From an uncultured Acidobacteriota bacterium (GTDB lineage: Bacteria > Acidobacteriota > JAQAZP01), in assembly GCA_963836075.1 (NCBI GenBank), contig CAWIIB010000001.1, forward strand, positions 992,001 through 1,056,000: 64,000 nt of DNA, read 5' to 3'. Each line of letters starts with the position of its first letter. Position 1 is the stretch's first letter. Below are positions 28,240 to 37,985 of the stretch, in pieces. The notes beneath the pieces are model-generated. The model saw only the letters and a list, made by a program, of their open reading frames with translations. It made no database searches and was not told where the DNA came from. The position numbers and the translations under genes are program-made.

Positions 28240-29940
28240 TCAGTCCCCCTCCTGCAGCTGCGGCCGGCGCAGCTGCGCGCCGCCGGCGATGTAGAGCACG
28301 TCATCCCACCCGGCATGGCTCAGGATCCGCGCCGCCTCGTAGGAACGCAGGCCCTTGGCGCAGACAAGCAGCAGCGGCTTGCCGGCTGGCAGTTCATCCA
28401 GGCGTCCGCGCAGCTCGGTGAAGGGCAGGTGGACCGATTCGGAGAATCCCGGTGAGGCTGACTGCCGTTCCTCGTCCTCCCTGATGTCCACCACCAGCCG
28501 TCCTTCCAGGTCCGCCCCGTCTTCCGCCGTGTGCGGCGGGAGGAAGCCGACGCCGTCCTCCTCGCTGTTCAGCACCAGCGCTCCCAGCTGGTACAGCGGA
28601 TCGATAGCGGAGGCGTACGGCGGGGAGTAAGCGAATTCCAGGTCGAGGAGATCCCGCACCCCTCCCCCGTGCTGCAGCAGGCCGGCCATCACGTCCACCT
28701 CGCGGACCACCTCTCCCAGCCCCACCGCCTGCAGGCCGAGGAGGCGCAGACTCTCCCGCTCGTAGACCAGCTTGAGGTGAATCCCTTTTGAATCGGGATA
28801 GTAAGACGGCCGGTCCTCAAAGGAACCCCAGGCGGACCGGGCATCGATGCCCGCGGCCCGGGCGGCCGCCTCGGTGAGGCCGGTGGAGCAGGCGGTCATT
28901 TCAAAGACCTTGACCACCGCGCTGCCCGTCACCGGGGCCACCCGATCATCCCGCCCGGCAATGCGGTTGCCGATCAGCCGACCGTGCCGGTTGGCCAGCG
29001 ATCCCAGTGGAAGATAGACCGGCCGGCCGCTGAGGTGGTGCGTCAGCTCCACACAGTCTCCGGCAGCGTAAATGTCCGGCCGGCTGGCGGCCATCCCCCG
29101 GTCCACCACCAGGCCGCCGCAGGAGCCGGTTTCCAGCCCGGCGGCGGCAGCGAACTCCACCGCCGGCCGCACGCCCAGGGCGCAGACCGCCGCGTCGGCG
29201 GTGAGCGTCGACCCGGCAAGATCCACCCGTACCGTCTCACCTGTTTCCGACAGTTGCCGCACCGCACAGCCCAGTTTCAACTTCACACCGTTCTCCCGCA
29301 GGTGGGCGTGCACCGGGGCGGCCATCTCGGCGTCGAGCATCCTCGGCAGGACATGCGCCGCCGCTTCCACCAGCGTCACCTCCGCCCCCCACATGGATCC
29401 ATAGGCCTCGGCCGCCTCGCAGCCGATGAAGCCGCCGCCCACCACGATCACCGATCCCACCTGACCCTGCTCCAGCTGGCTGCGCATCCGGCGGACCTCG
29501 TCAATGCTGCGCAGGAAGTGCATCCGGTCCGATGCACCGTCGAATCCCGGCGGGGCGATCGGTTCGCTGCCGCTGGCCACCACCAGCGTGTCATAGGGAA
29601 AGTTCAGGTGTTCGCCGCTGGCGCGGTCCAGGCACCGCACCAGTTTCTCGTCCGGGTCGATGGCCTGCACCTCCACCCCGGTCCTCACTCGCAGCCCTTT
29701 GACGCCGGCGAAGAAATCCGCGTCGCGGAGGGAACCGTAGGGCGTCGATCTCAACTCCGCCGGGCTGCCCACATCCCCGGAGAGGAAGTAGGGCAGGCCA
29801 CAGGCGCTCACCGAAATGCGGTCGGTTTTGTCGAGAACGGTGATCTCCGCCCGGGGCAGCAGACGACCGGTCCGGGCGGCGGCCCGCAGGCCCGCGGCCG
29901 AGGCGCCGATGACCACAATACGCTGTTTCGCTGAACTCAT
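28240..29940 (-). CDS. CoA-disulfide/persulfide reductase with C-terminal rhodanese domain (CoADR-RHD/Npsr-like)
   Basis: IVVIGASAAG, SVSACGLPY active Cys, VGGGFIG, YAAGDC, AYSPPY, rhodanese VCAKGLRSY. Confidence 0.88.
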   Translation of the reverse strand: MSSAKQRIVVIGASAAGLRAAARTGRLLPRAEITVLDKTDRISVSACGLPYFLSGDVGSPAELRSTPYGSLRDADFFAGVKGLRVRTGVEVQAIDPDEKLVRCLDRASGEHLNFPYDTLVVASGSEPIAPPGFDGASDRMHFLRSIDEVRRMRSQLEQGQVGSVIVVGGGFIGCEAAEAYGSMWGAEVTLVEAAAHVLPRMLDAEMAAPVHAHLRENGVKLKLGCAVRQLSETGETVRVDLAGSTLTADAAVCALGVRPAVEFAAAAGLETGSCGGLVVDRGMAASRPDIYAAGDCVELTHHLSGRPVYLPLGSLANRHGRLIGNRIAGRDDRVAPVTGSAVVKVFEMTACSTGLTEAAARAAGIDARSAWGSFEDRPSYYPDSKGIHLKLVYERESLRLLGLQAVGLGEVVREVDVMAGLLQHGGGVRDLLDLEFAYSPPYASAIDPLYQLGALVLNSEEDGVGFLPPHTAEDGADLEGRLVVDIREDEERQSASPGFSESVHLPFTELRGRLDELPAGKPLLLVCAKGLRSYEAARILSHAGWDDVLYIAGGAQLRRPQLQEGD

Positions 29941-29950
29941 GTCTTGCCTT

Positions 29951-30802
29951 TCACGTCCTGAGCTGCTCAGCCGCGGGTTCGGCCGGCTGGCAGGTGGGGC
30001 AGAAAAAGGTGCTGCGTCCCTGCTGCACCATTCGTTTTACCGGGGTCCGGCAACGCCGGCAGGGGTCATTTTCGTGTCCATAGACTTTGAGGAACCGCTG
30101 GAAGCCTCCGGTATCCCCTCGGGAGTCCTGGAAGTCGGAGAAGGTTGTCCCGCAGTGACGGATGGCCCGCTGGAGAATGGCGACGGTGGCGGCGTGCAGC
30201 CTGCGCAGTTCGGCGCCGTCCAGCGACCCGGCCGGTCGGGCCGGGTGAATACGGGCCCGGGCCAGGATCTCCGAGGCATAGATGTTTCCCAGGCCGGTGA
30301 GCCGGTCCTGCCGCAGGAGCCAGGGCTTGATTTCCTGCCGGCTGTGCTCCAGCAGCCCGCGGAGCAACCCACGGGTAAACCGCCGGCCGGTGGGGTCAAC
30401 GCCCGCCGGCTGCAGCTGCTCCTGCGTGCCGGCCAGCCGGATCACCCCGAACCGCCGCGGGTCGACGAAGTCGACCACACCGCCCTCGAGAACCAGCCGG
30501 GCCCGCAGATGCGGCTGGTCCTCCGGCCCCGGCCTGCCGGCACCGGGCTCCCAGAGCAGACGCCCGGTCATCCGCAGGTGCACGGAAAGCCAGAGCCGGG
30601 GACTGCACAGCGTCCGCCGCTCCAGTTCCAGCACCACCTGCTTGCCCAGTCGGAAAACACGGGACACACTGCTGCCGCGAACCCGGCCGGTGGGGAGCGT
30701 ACCCAGCAGGCTGTCCAGGATACGCAACGTGCGCACCGTCCGCCCGGAAATCAGCGGGTCCAGCTGACGGGCCACGGTTTCCACTTCTGGCAGTTCCGGC
30801 AT
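29951..30802 (-). CDS. mutM: Formamidopyrimidine-DNA glycosylase
   Basis: MPELPEVET N-terminus, HLRMTG, DPRRFG, GLGNIYASE, C-terminal Zn finger. Confidence 0.96.
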   Translation of the reverse strand: MPELPEVETVARQLDPLISGRTVRTLRILDSLLGTLPTGRVRGSSVSRVFRLGKQVVLELERRTLCSPRLWLSVHLRMTGRLLWEPGAGRPGPEDQPHLRARLVLEGGVVDFVDPRRFGVIRLAGTQEQLQPAGVDPTGRRFTRGLLRGLLEHSRQEIKPWLLRQDRLTGLGNIYASEILARARIHPARPAGSLDGAELRRLHAATVAILQRAIRHCGTTFSDFQDSRGDTGGFQRFLKVYGHENDPCRRCRTPVKRMVQQGRSTFFCPTCQPAEPAAEQLRT

Positions 30803-30881
30803 CGGTCTCGACCTCCCGAGGAGTAAAAAAAGGATGATAATCCTCACCCCGCCAGATGTCCAGAATGGGCCTGATTTCCCC

Positions 30882-30910
30882 TTGCATTGTGGGTGAATCT
30901 GGCCTATTCT
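30882..30910 (+). promoter_or_regulatory. sigma70-type promoter for PFOR
   Basis: TTGCAT-N17-TATTCT, about 180 nt upstream of the ATG. Confidence 0.55.
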
Positions 30911-31087
30911 GTGCGCTTGCTCAACAACCGCTATCCGAGGCACCGGGTTCTCTGGGGCCAAGGATACGGACAAATTACGTAGTGGCAGTCACTTACAACC
31001 CGGCAACTATCCACGCCGGGCGGCGGGATCGGCCCGCCCGAAGCGTCCCCCGGGGGACGCCGGAAAGAACGCCTAGGGAGAGTTGAA

Positions 31088-34000
31088 ATGGCACGACGGA
31101 AGATTACCATCGACGGCAACGAAGCCACCGCATCCGTGGCCCACCGGATCAATGAGGTCATCGCCATCTACCCAATCACCCCCTCGTCCAACATGGGTGA
31201 GTGGGCCGACGAGTGGGCGGCCAAGGGGATGAAGAATATCTGGGGCAACGTACCCCAGGTGGTGGAAATGCAGTCCGAAGGCGGGGCCTCGGCAGCGGTG
31301 CACGGGTCGCTGCAGGCCGGCGCCCTGACCACCACCTTCACCGCGTCCCAGGGGCTGCTGCTGATGATCCCCACCATGTTCAAGATCGCCGGGGAGTTGA
31401 CTTCCACGGTCTTCCACATCTCGGCCCGGACCATCGCCACTCACGCGCTCTCCATCTTCGGCGACCACTCCGACGTTTACACCGTGCGCCAGACCGGCTG
31501 GGGCATGCTCTCCTCCGGCGGCGTCCAGGAAGCCCACGACATGGCGGCCATCGCCACCATGTGCTCCCTCGAATCGCGCATCCCGTTCCTCCACTTCTTC
31601 GACGGTTTCCGCACCTCCCACGAAGTGAGCAAAATCGAGGAGCTGACCGACGACGATCTGCGCTCACTGATGGACCCGGGAATGATCCGGATGCACAAGG
31701 AGCGGGCCCTCTCCCCGGAACGGCCGAAAGTCAGGGGCACCTCGCAGAACCCCGACGTCTTCTTCCAGGCCCGTGAAACCATCACCCCCTACTACCAAGC
31801 CTGCCCCGGCATCATGCAGGAGATGATGGACCGCTTCGCCGAGCTCACCGGCCGGCAGTACCAGCTGTTCGACTACGTGGGCCACCCCGATGCCGACCGG
31901 GTGGTGGTGGTCATGGGATCGGCCGCCGACACGGTGCACGAGACCGTGGAGTACCTCAACAACCAGGGCGAGAAACTGGGTGTGCTCAAGGTCCGGCTGT
32001 TCCGGCCCTTCGCGCCGCGGCAGCTGCTGTCCGCCCTGCCGGAATCGGTAAAATCAATCGCCGTCCTCGACCGGGCCAAGGAGCCGGGGTCCTCTGGCGA
32101 AGCGCTCTACACCGACCTGCTCACCGCCCTGGCCGAAGGCCGTACCGAAGGCTACTCCCAGTTCGACAAGGATCCCACGATCATCGGCGGACGCTACGGT
32201 CTCTCCTCCAAGGAGTTCGATCCGGCCATGGTCAAGGCGATCTACGACGAGTTGAAGAATGACTCGCCGAAGAACCACTTCACCGTGGGCATCACCGATG
32301 ATGTCTCCAACTCTTCGCTGACCGTGGACCACAGCTTCGACACCGAACCGGACAAAGTGACCCGCGGCGTCTTCTTCGGTCTCGGCTCCGACGGCACGGT
32401 GGGGGCAAACAAGAACTCGATCAAGATCATCGGCGAGGAAACGGACAATTACGCCCAGGGCTATTTTGTCTACGACTCGAAGAAGGCCGGCGCGGTGACC
32501 GTTTCCCACCTCCGCTTCGGCCCGGACCCGATCCGCTCGATCTACCTGATCAAAAAGGCCAACTTCGTCGCCTGCCACACGGAGGTGTTTCTCGAACGCT
32601 ACAACATGCTGGCCTACGCCCAGCCGGGCGCGGTCTTCCTGCTCAACTCGCAGTCGGGGCCGGAGGAGGTGTGGGACACCCTGCCCATGGAGGACCAGCA
32701 GTCGATCATCGACAAGAAGCTGAAGTTCTACACCATCGACGCCTACCAGGTGGCCCGGGAGACCGGCATGGGGGTGCGGATCAACACCATCATGCAGACC
32801 TGCTTCTTCGCCATCTCCGGCGTGCTGCCCCGTGACGAGGCCATTGCCCAGATCAAGAAAGCGATCAAGAAGACCTACGGCAACAAGGGTGAGGAAATCG
32901 TCAAACTCAATTTCAACGCCGTGGACCAGACCCTGGCCCACCTGCACCAGGTGAAGGTGCCCGGGGCGGTGACCTCCACCAAGACCCGGCCGGCACCCGT
33001 TTCCGACGAGGCGCCCGAGTTCGTGCAGAACGTCACCGCCGAGATCATTGCCGGCCGCGGCGACGACCTGCCGGTGAGCGCCTTCCCCGTGGACGGCACC
33101 TGGCCCGTCTCCACCACCCAGTGGGAGAAGCGGAACATCGCCCTGGAGATTCCGGTCTGGGAGTCGGACATCTGCATCCAGTGCAACAAGTGCGCCATGG
33201 TCTGCCCCCATGCCGCCATCCGGCCCAAGGTCTACGACCCGAAGTATCTCGACGGCGCGCCGGCGACATTCAAGGCCGTGGACTACAAGGGCCGTGAATT
33301 CCCGGGGACCAAGTACACCCTGCAGGTGGCCCCCGAGGACTGCACCGGCTGCGAACTCTGCGTCAGGGTCTGTCCGGCCAAGGACAAGAAGGACCCCGAA
33401 CGCCTGGCGATCAACATGGCTGCGCAGCCGCCTCTGCGGGAGAGCGAGCGTGAGAACTACAAGTTCTTCCTCGACCTGCCCGACCCGGACCGCACCAAGG
33501 TCAAGACCGACACCAAGGGGACCCAGTTCTTCCGGCCCCTCTTCGAGTATTCCGGGGCCTGCTCCGGCTGCGGCGAGACACCGTATGTCAAGCTGCTGAC
33601 CCAGCTCTTTGGCGACCGGGCGATCATCGGCAATGCCACCGGCTGCTCCTCGATCTACGGCGGCAACCTGCCCACTACCCCCTACACGGTGAACGCCGAC
33701 GGCCGCGGCCCGGCCTGGAACAACTCCCTGTTTGAAGACACGGCGGAGTTCACCTACGGGTTCCGGCTGGCCGTGGATCAGAACCGGGTGGTGGCCGAGA
33801 ACCTGCTCAAGGGCCTCGGACCCAAGATCGGTCAGATTCTGGTGGATGAGATTCTCACCGCTGACCAGACGAGCGAGTTGACCATCGCCGAACAGCGTTC
33901 GCGGATCGCGGCCCTCATCGACCAGCTGAAATCGTTCGACGACCCCGAAGCCCGGCAGCTCTCCCAGCTGTCTGAATACCTGGTGCGCAAGTCGATCTGG

Positions 34001-34666
34001 GGCGTGGGCGGTGACGGCTGGGCCTACGACATCGGCTACGGTGGACTGGACCACGTGCTGGCCAGCAATCGCGACATGAACCTTCTGGTGCTGGACACCG
34101 AGGTGTATTCCAATACCGGCGGCCAGGCCTCCAAGGCCACGCCCATCGGGGCGATGGCCAAGTTTGCCATGGGCGGCAAAGCCATCGCCAAGAAGGACCT
34201 GGGCATGATGGCCATGAGTTACGGCTACGTCTACGTGGCCCAGGTGGCCATGGGGGCCCGGGACGCCCAGACGGTGAAAGCATTCCTCGAGGCCGAATCC
34301 TACGAGGGGCCGTCACTGATCATCGCCTATTCCCACTGCATCGCCCACGGCTTCAACCTGGCCGACGGACTGGAGCAGCAGAAGCTGGCGGTGAACAGCG
34401 GCTACTGGCCGCTCTACCGCTTCGACCCGCGGCGCACCATCAAGGGTGAAAACCCGCTGCAGCTGGACTCCAAGGCGCCGTCGGTGGATTTCCAGTCTTA
34501 CGCGCTCAACGAGACCCGCTACCGGATGCTGCAGAAGATCAACCCCGAGCGGGCGCGGATGCTGCTGGACCACGCCCAGGGAACCATCAACGCCAAGTTC
34601 CGCAAATACGAGCAGCTGGCCAAAATGAACTTTGGCGACCAGGACGAGGGGGACGGGGAAGCGTAG
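31088..34666 (+). CDS. nifJ: Pyruvate:ferredoxin (flavodoxin) oxidoreductase, single chain
   Basis: IYPITPS, EMQSEGG, two CxxCxxC ferredoxin motifs, GACSGCGE, GGDGWAYDIG. Confidence 0.97.
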   Translation: MARRKITIDGNEATASVAHRINEVIAIYPITPSSNMGEWADEWAAKGMKNIWGNVPQVVEMQSEGGASAAVHGSLQAGALTTTFTASQGLLLMIPTMFKIAGELTSTVFHISARTIATHALSIFGDHSDVYTVRQTGWGMLSSGGVQEAHDMAAIATMCSLESRIPFLHFFDGFRTSHEVSKIEELTDDDLRSLMDPGMIRMHKERALSPERPKVRGTSQNPDVFFQARETITPYYQACPGIMQEMMDRFAELTGRQYQLFDYVGHPDADRVVVVMGSAADTVHETVEYLNNQGEKLGVLKVRLFRPFAPRQLLSALPESVKSIAVLDRAKEPGSSGEALYTDLLTALAEGRTEGYSQFDKDPTIIGGRYGLSSKEFDPAMVKAIYDELKNDSPKNHFTVGITDDVSNSSLTVDHSFDTEPDKVTRGVFFGLGSDGTVGANKNSIKIIGEETDNYAQGYFVYDSKKAGAVTVSHLRFGPDPIRSIYLIKKANFVACHTEVFLERYNMLAYAQPGAVFLLNSQSGPEEVWDTLPMEDQQSIIDKKLKFYTIDAYQVARETGMGVRINTIMQTCFFAISGVLPRDEAIAQIKKAIKKTYGNKGEEIVKLNFNAVDQTLAHLHQVKVPGAVTSTKTRPAPVSDEAPEFVQNVTAEIIAGRGDDLPVSAFPVDGTWPVSTTQWEKRNIALEIPVWESDICIQCNKCAMVCPHAAIRPKVYDPKYLDGAPATFKAVDYKGREFPGTKYTLQVAPEDCTGCELCVRVCPAKDKKDPERLAINMAAQPPLRESERENYKFFLDLPDPDRTKVKTDTKGTQFFRPLFEYSGACSGCGETPYVKLLTQLFGDRAIIGNATGCSSIYGGNLPTTPYTVNADGRGPAWNNSLFEDTAEFTYGFRLAVDQNRVVAENLLKGLGPKIGQILVDEILTADQTSELTIAEQRSRIAALIDQLKSFDDPEARQLSQLSEYLVRKSIWGVGGDGWAYDIGYGGLDHVLASNRDMNLLVLDTEVYSNTGGQASKATPIGAMAKFAMGGKAIAKKDLGMMAMSYGYVYVAQVAMGARDAQTVKAFLEAESYEGPSLIIAYSHCIAHGFNLADGLEQQKLAVNSGYWPLYRFDPRRTIKGENPLQLDSKAPSVDFQSYALNETRYRMLQKINPERARMLLDHAQGTINAKFRKYEQLAKMNFGDQDEGDGEA

Positions 34667-34687
34667 GCCACGTTTCACGGCAATATC

Positions 34688-34725
34688 AAACGGCCGCGGT
34701 GCTCCGGCGCCGCGGCCGTTTTTTT
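34688..34725 (+). terminator. Intrinsic terminator of PFOR
   Basis: AAACGGCCGCGGTGC..GCGCCGCGGCCGTTT stem plus T7. Confidence 0.85.
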
Positions 34726-34741
34726 ATGCAGAAAACCGACC

Positions 34742-35236
34742 TCAGGAAGGGGAGAGCCAAAGGCCGAGGTGGATCAGGGGGACAAGCAGGAGCCGGGACA
34801 GGCGGTGGGAGAGCATACCCAGGCGGCCCAGCCGTCCCGCCAGCGGATTGACCCAGGTCCAGGGACGGCGATGCAGCAGGAGCGTGTGCTCCGGGCCCAG
34901 GATGGCGGTCACCCGGCCGAGCATCATCTCCGAAGGGACCCATGACCAGGCCCGGGAGTTGTCCCCTTTCTGGCAGCAGGGGCGGCTGCCGTCGGCGGCC
35001 GCCCGGGACATCAGCAAGCGGTGAACCACCACCGTCTCGCCCTGGCGCAGGGCAATGATGTCGCCGCAGCGGAGCCGCTCCGGGGAGATCGGCTGAATGG
35101 TGACCCGGTCGCCGGGGGAGGCCACCGGCACCATGCTGCGCCCCTCCAGACGGAGAGTGAACTCCTGCCGGCTGTGCCGCCAGAGGTCCAGCACGGCGGC
35201 GGTCACCGGCAGCCCGGGTGCTCCCTTTTCCCCCAC
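34742..35236 (-). CDS. S24/S26 signal-peptidase-like protein without N-terminal membrane anchor
   Basis: GRSMVP (Ser nucleophile), GD boxes, VVHRL, KGDN, as in S26B/SipW-type enzymes. Confidence 0.82.
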   Translation of the reverse strand: MGEKGAPGLPVTAAVLDLWRHSRQEFTLRLEGRSMVPVASPGDRVTIQPISPERLRCGDIIALRQGETVVVHRLLMSRAAADGSRPCCQKGDNSRAWSWVPSEMMLGRVTAILGPEHTLLLHRRPWTWVNPLAGRLGRLGMLSHRLSRLLLVPLIHLGLWLSPS

Positions 35237-35240
35237 CTGC

Positions 35241-37985
35241 TCACTCCCACGATTTGAGCCGCGAGGCCGGGTCTCCCAGAAGGGTGAACATGCTGACCAT
35301 CACATCGGTGGCGCCCAGAGCATGCGCGGCCACCTTGGCCTCGGTGACAATGACACCGAGACGGTCCTCCCCTTCATCAAAGATCAACGAGAAGATTTCC
35401 GGGGCCAGGAGATCCTGTTCCCAGGTGTAGCTCAGCCCACTGGGCGAGAAGCATCCGAACCCGCCGCCCAGTTCCGCAGTCGCCAGCTCCTCGGCCAGAC
35501 AATAGTAGAACGGATGCGAGAAATAGCCGTTGAGACAGGTCATGGTGAGCACGAAGGTCAGGGCGTCCTCGTTACTCAGCGACGCCACGTCGGCCGAGCG
35601 GAACATATACTCGCCGGCCCAGCCGGTCACCGACCCGTGGCCGTTGTAGTGGACGATGATCTCACCGATGTTGAAGCCCCGGACAATGTCTTCCGTGGCA
35701 TCGTCCACCACGCCGTACTGGGAGAGATACACCCGGCCAGGCACCATCCCATTGGGCAGCATGGCCAGCAGCGTCTCGTTCAGCGACTCGAAGACCGGCT
35801 CGTCGTCAGCGATAAAGAGGGCACGGGCGGGCACCGCTGCCGTCGATTGCTCGTGGGCCAGCAGCCGGGCCACCATGCGCCCGGCCATATCCAGATCGCT
35901 GGCCGGCAGCCGCCCGATACACATCTCCGGCAGGACATCGTCGCCTTCCACACAGACATACCAGTTGTCGTCCGGCGTCAGCCCCAGTTCGCTCAGTGAA
36001 AGGTGCACCGGCACCCGGCTCTGTTTTCCGGTGCCGAAATAGTCGAGGTAATCGGTGTTGGCATCCCCCAGCAGCAGAACGAACTCCGGGGCCGGGGCCG
36101 GCCACTCCCGGTAGGCATGGCCCAGGAAAGCCTGCAGCGCCGCCGGGTCGGCGATCCCGTGGTTGAAGTCGTCGTAGATATCCTCCAGGGCCACCGACAC
36201 GGCGCGGAGCCCCTGGCCCTGGCGATAGCTGACCAGCGGGTCGGCGGCCGCCAGGAACTCCCGCGGCGTGATCAGGATATAGTCAGCACCGTCACCGCCG
36301 GCCCAGAGCCCCGGCGATGTCCAGCCCTCCACCGATGCCGGGGACCGGAAACGGCCCGACGTCAGAGCCTGGTACCGTGCGGGGCCACCGGCGGTCTCTC
36401 TCCATGCCGCCGTGAACCCGCCTCCGGCCTCGCTGATGCCGACGCCCACCACGCGCTTCACGCTCAGATGGGAACTGATATCAAAGACGGCCACCTCCGG
36501 TTCCGAGAAACCGTGGACAGCAATGACCTGGGGGCCGGCCCCGGCAGTGGTGATCCAGAGCTGGTCGTCCATGGCGCGAAGACGTCTGCGGTAGTCCAGC
36601 TCGATCCAGTTGACGTATATGCTGTCCACCGCCGCCCCGGTGTCACCCGGGCAGTTCACGGTGATGGTATTCAACCCCTGGGCCAACAGATCGGAGGTGA
36701 TGGTCATCTCCTGGACAAAAACGTGGTCACCGTCCCAGAACTGGTCCCCCGCCTCGACCCCGTTGACCCGCACCCGGGTGTGATGGTTGGGATGCGGTGC
36801 CGCTGTGGAACGTCCCCGGCAACACACCCGGAGGGTTCCGTCCCACACTCCGGGAGCGAGGTTGGGAATTTCCAGCTGGTAGTCCATGGACGAGGGCGCG
36901 GTGAGCATGTCCCAGAACCAGTAGTCCTCCTCCGGCGCCCCCGGTGCCGCCTCCCACATCCGGTGGTTTTCCTCCACGTGCACGGTTTCAGTGGTGGAGG
37001 TGACCAGTCTGCCGCCGCCGGCGAGCGAACCATTCACCACATCCATCCGCTTACCCGGAGGGCCGTTCCAGTAGAGCCAGTAAACGTTGGTCCCGGTGAA
37101 GCTGCTCTCCATAGCCTGGCCGTAGAAAATGAGGCTCCCCTCGGGCCATGGCACGTCCTTTTCCGGGCCGGCCACCAGAACCGGCACTTCCCTTCCCCGG
37201 TTGAACAGTTTCAACGTGGCCCGGTCAATTGCATCCACCTCGCCGTGGCTCAAACCCGTGGAGAGCAGCGCTGCCACATAGTCAATGGCATGGAGGCCGT
37301 CTTCCTCCACCTCAATGCGCAACGCCCCGTCGCTTCGTGGGCCGGGGAGACCGACCAGTCCACCGGGGGAAGAAATGGCTGAACCCGTGCCTGGCGGAGC
37401 CTCCGGCGACGCCACAGCTCCGACCGCCGGCTGGACAAAGCTGAGCCGGACCAGCAGGCGGGTGGCACAGCGCAGGTTTCCAGCCGATGGATCCCACTGG
37501 AAGGGCTGGAATAGAACCCGGGCCATCCGGGCGCCACGCCGCACAGCCGGTGGGTCCACCGCCACCAGGGCGGCGGGATAGATCCCCGTGCCCCCGATAC
37601 ACCGTTCCGTGCCGCCGCCTTCCGGAGACAGGGTCAGGACGGGGAAGAGCCGCTGCAGCTGGTGGTGCTCGTAGTCCACATCGAGGATCTCGGCACTCAA
37701 TGCGCTTCCCTCGGGGAGCGGAATGGTGCAGCCAAGACGGGGCAATTCGGGCAGGCCGATATCCGAGGTCCTGGCCCAACCGTCCACCACCACCCGCCGG
37801 CATGGTCCGTCCGGCCCCGCGGTCGGCACCAGCCGGTAGGTCGGCAGGTTGAGTTCCAGGGTCATGCCCCGGGAGTCCCGGTCCCGCAGGTCAAGTTCAC
37901 CGGGAAGCGACAGGGCCGGGCCGGGTGTCAGAGCGCCGGCCGGCACCGTGAGCAGAAGCAACAGCAGAGTTAGTCCGTATCTCAT
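35241..37985 (-). CDS. Secreted C25 (gingipain-like) cysteine peptidase with propeptide
   Basis: Signal peptide (AGA-L); G.PELP propeptide; ADYILITP, FVLLLGDA, DNWY, IGRLPA, YNGHGS (His), TMTCLNG (Cys), LLGDPA. Confidence 0.88.
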   Translation of the reverse strand: MRYGLTLLLLLLTVPAGALTPGPALSLPGELDLRDRDSRGMTLELNLPTYRLVPTAGPDGPCRRVVVDGWARTSDIGLPELPRLGCTIPLPEGSALSAEILDVDYEHHQLQRLFPVLTLSPEGGGTERCIGGTGIYPAALVAVDPPAVRRGARMARVLFQPFQWDPSAGNLRCATRLLVRLSFVQPAVGAVASPEAPPGTGSAISSPGGLVGLPGPRSDGALRIEVEEDGLHAIDYVAALLSTGLSHGEVDAIDRATLKLFNRGREVPVLVAGPEKDVPWPEGSLIFYGQAMESSFTGTNVYWLYWNGPPGKRMDVVNGSLAGGGRLVTSTTETVHVEENHRMWEAAPGAPEEDYWFWDMLTAPSSMDYQLEIPNLAPGVWDGTLRVCCRGRSTAAPHPNHHTRVRVNGVEAGDQFWDGDHVFVQEMTITSDLLAQGLNTITVNCPGDTGAAVDSIYVNWIELDYRRRLRAMDDQLWITTAGAGPQVIAVHGFSEPEVAVFDISSHLSVKRVVGVGISEAGGGFTAAWRETAGGPARYQALTSGRFRSPASVEGWTSPGLWAGGDGADYILITPREFLAAADPLVSYRQGQGLRAVSVALEDIYDDFNHGIADPAALQAFLGHAYREWPAPAPEFVLLLGDANTDYLDYFGTGKQSRVPVHLSLSELGLTPDDNWYVCVEGDDVLPEMCIGRLPASDLDMAGRMVARLLAHEQSTAAVPARALFIADDEPVFESLNETLLAMLPNGMVPGRVYLSQYGVVDDATEDIVRGFNIGEIIVHYNGHGSVTGWAGEYMFRSADVASLSNEDALTFVLTMTCLNGYFSHPFYYCLAEELATAELGGGFGCFSPSGLSYTWEQDLLAPEIFSLIFDEGEDRLGVIVTEAKVAAHALGATDVMVSMFTLLGDPASRLKSWE

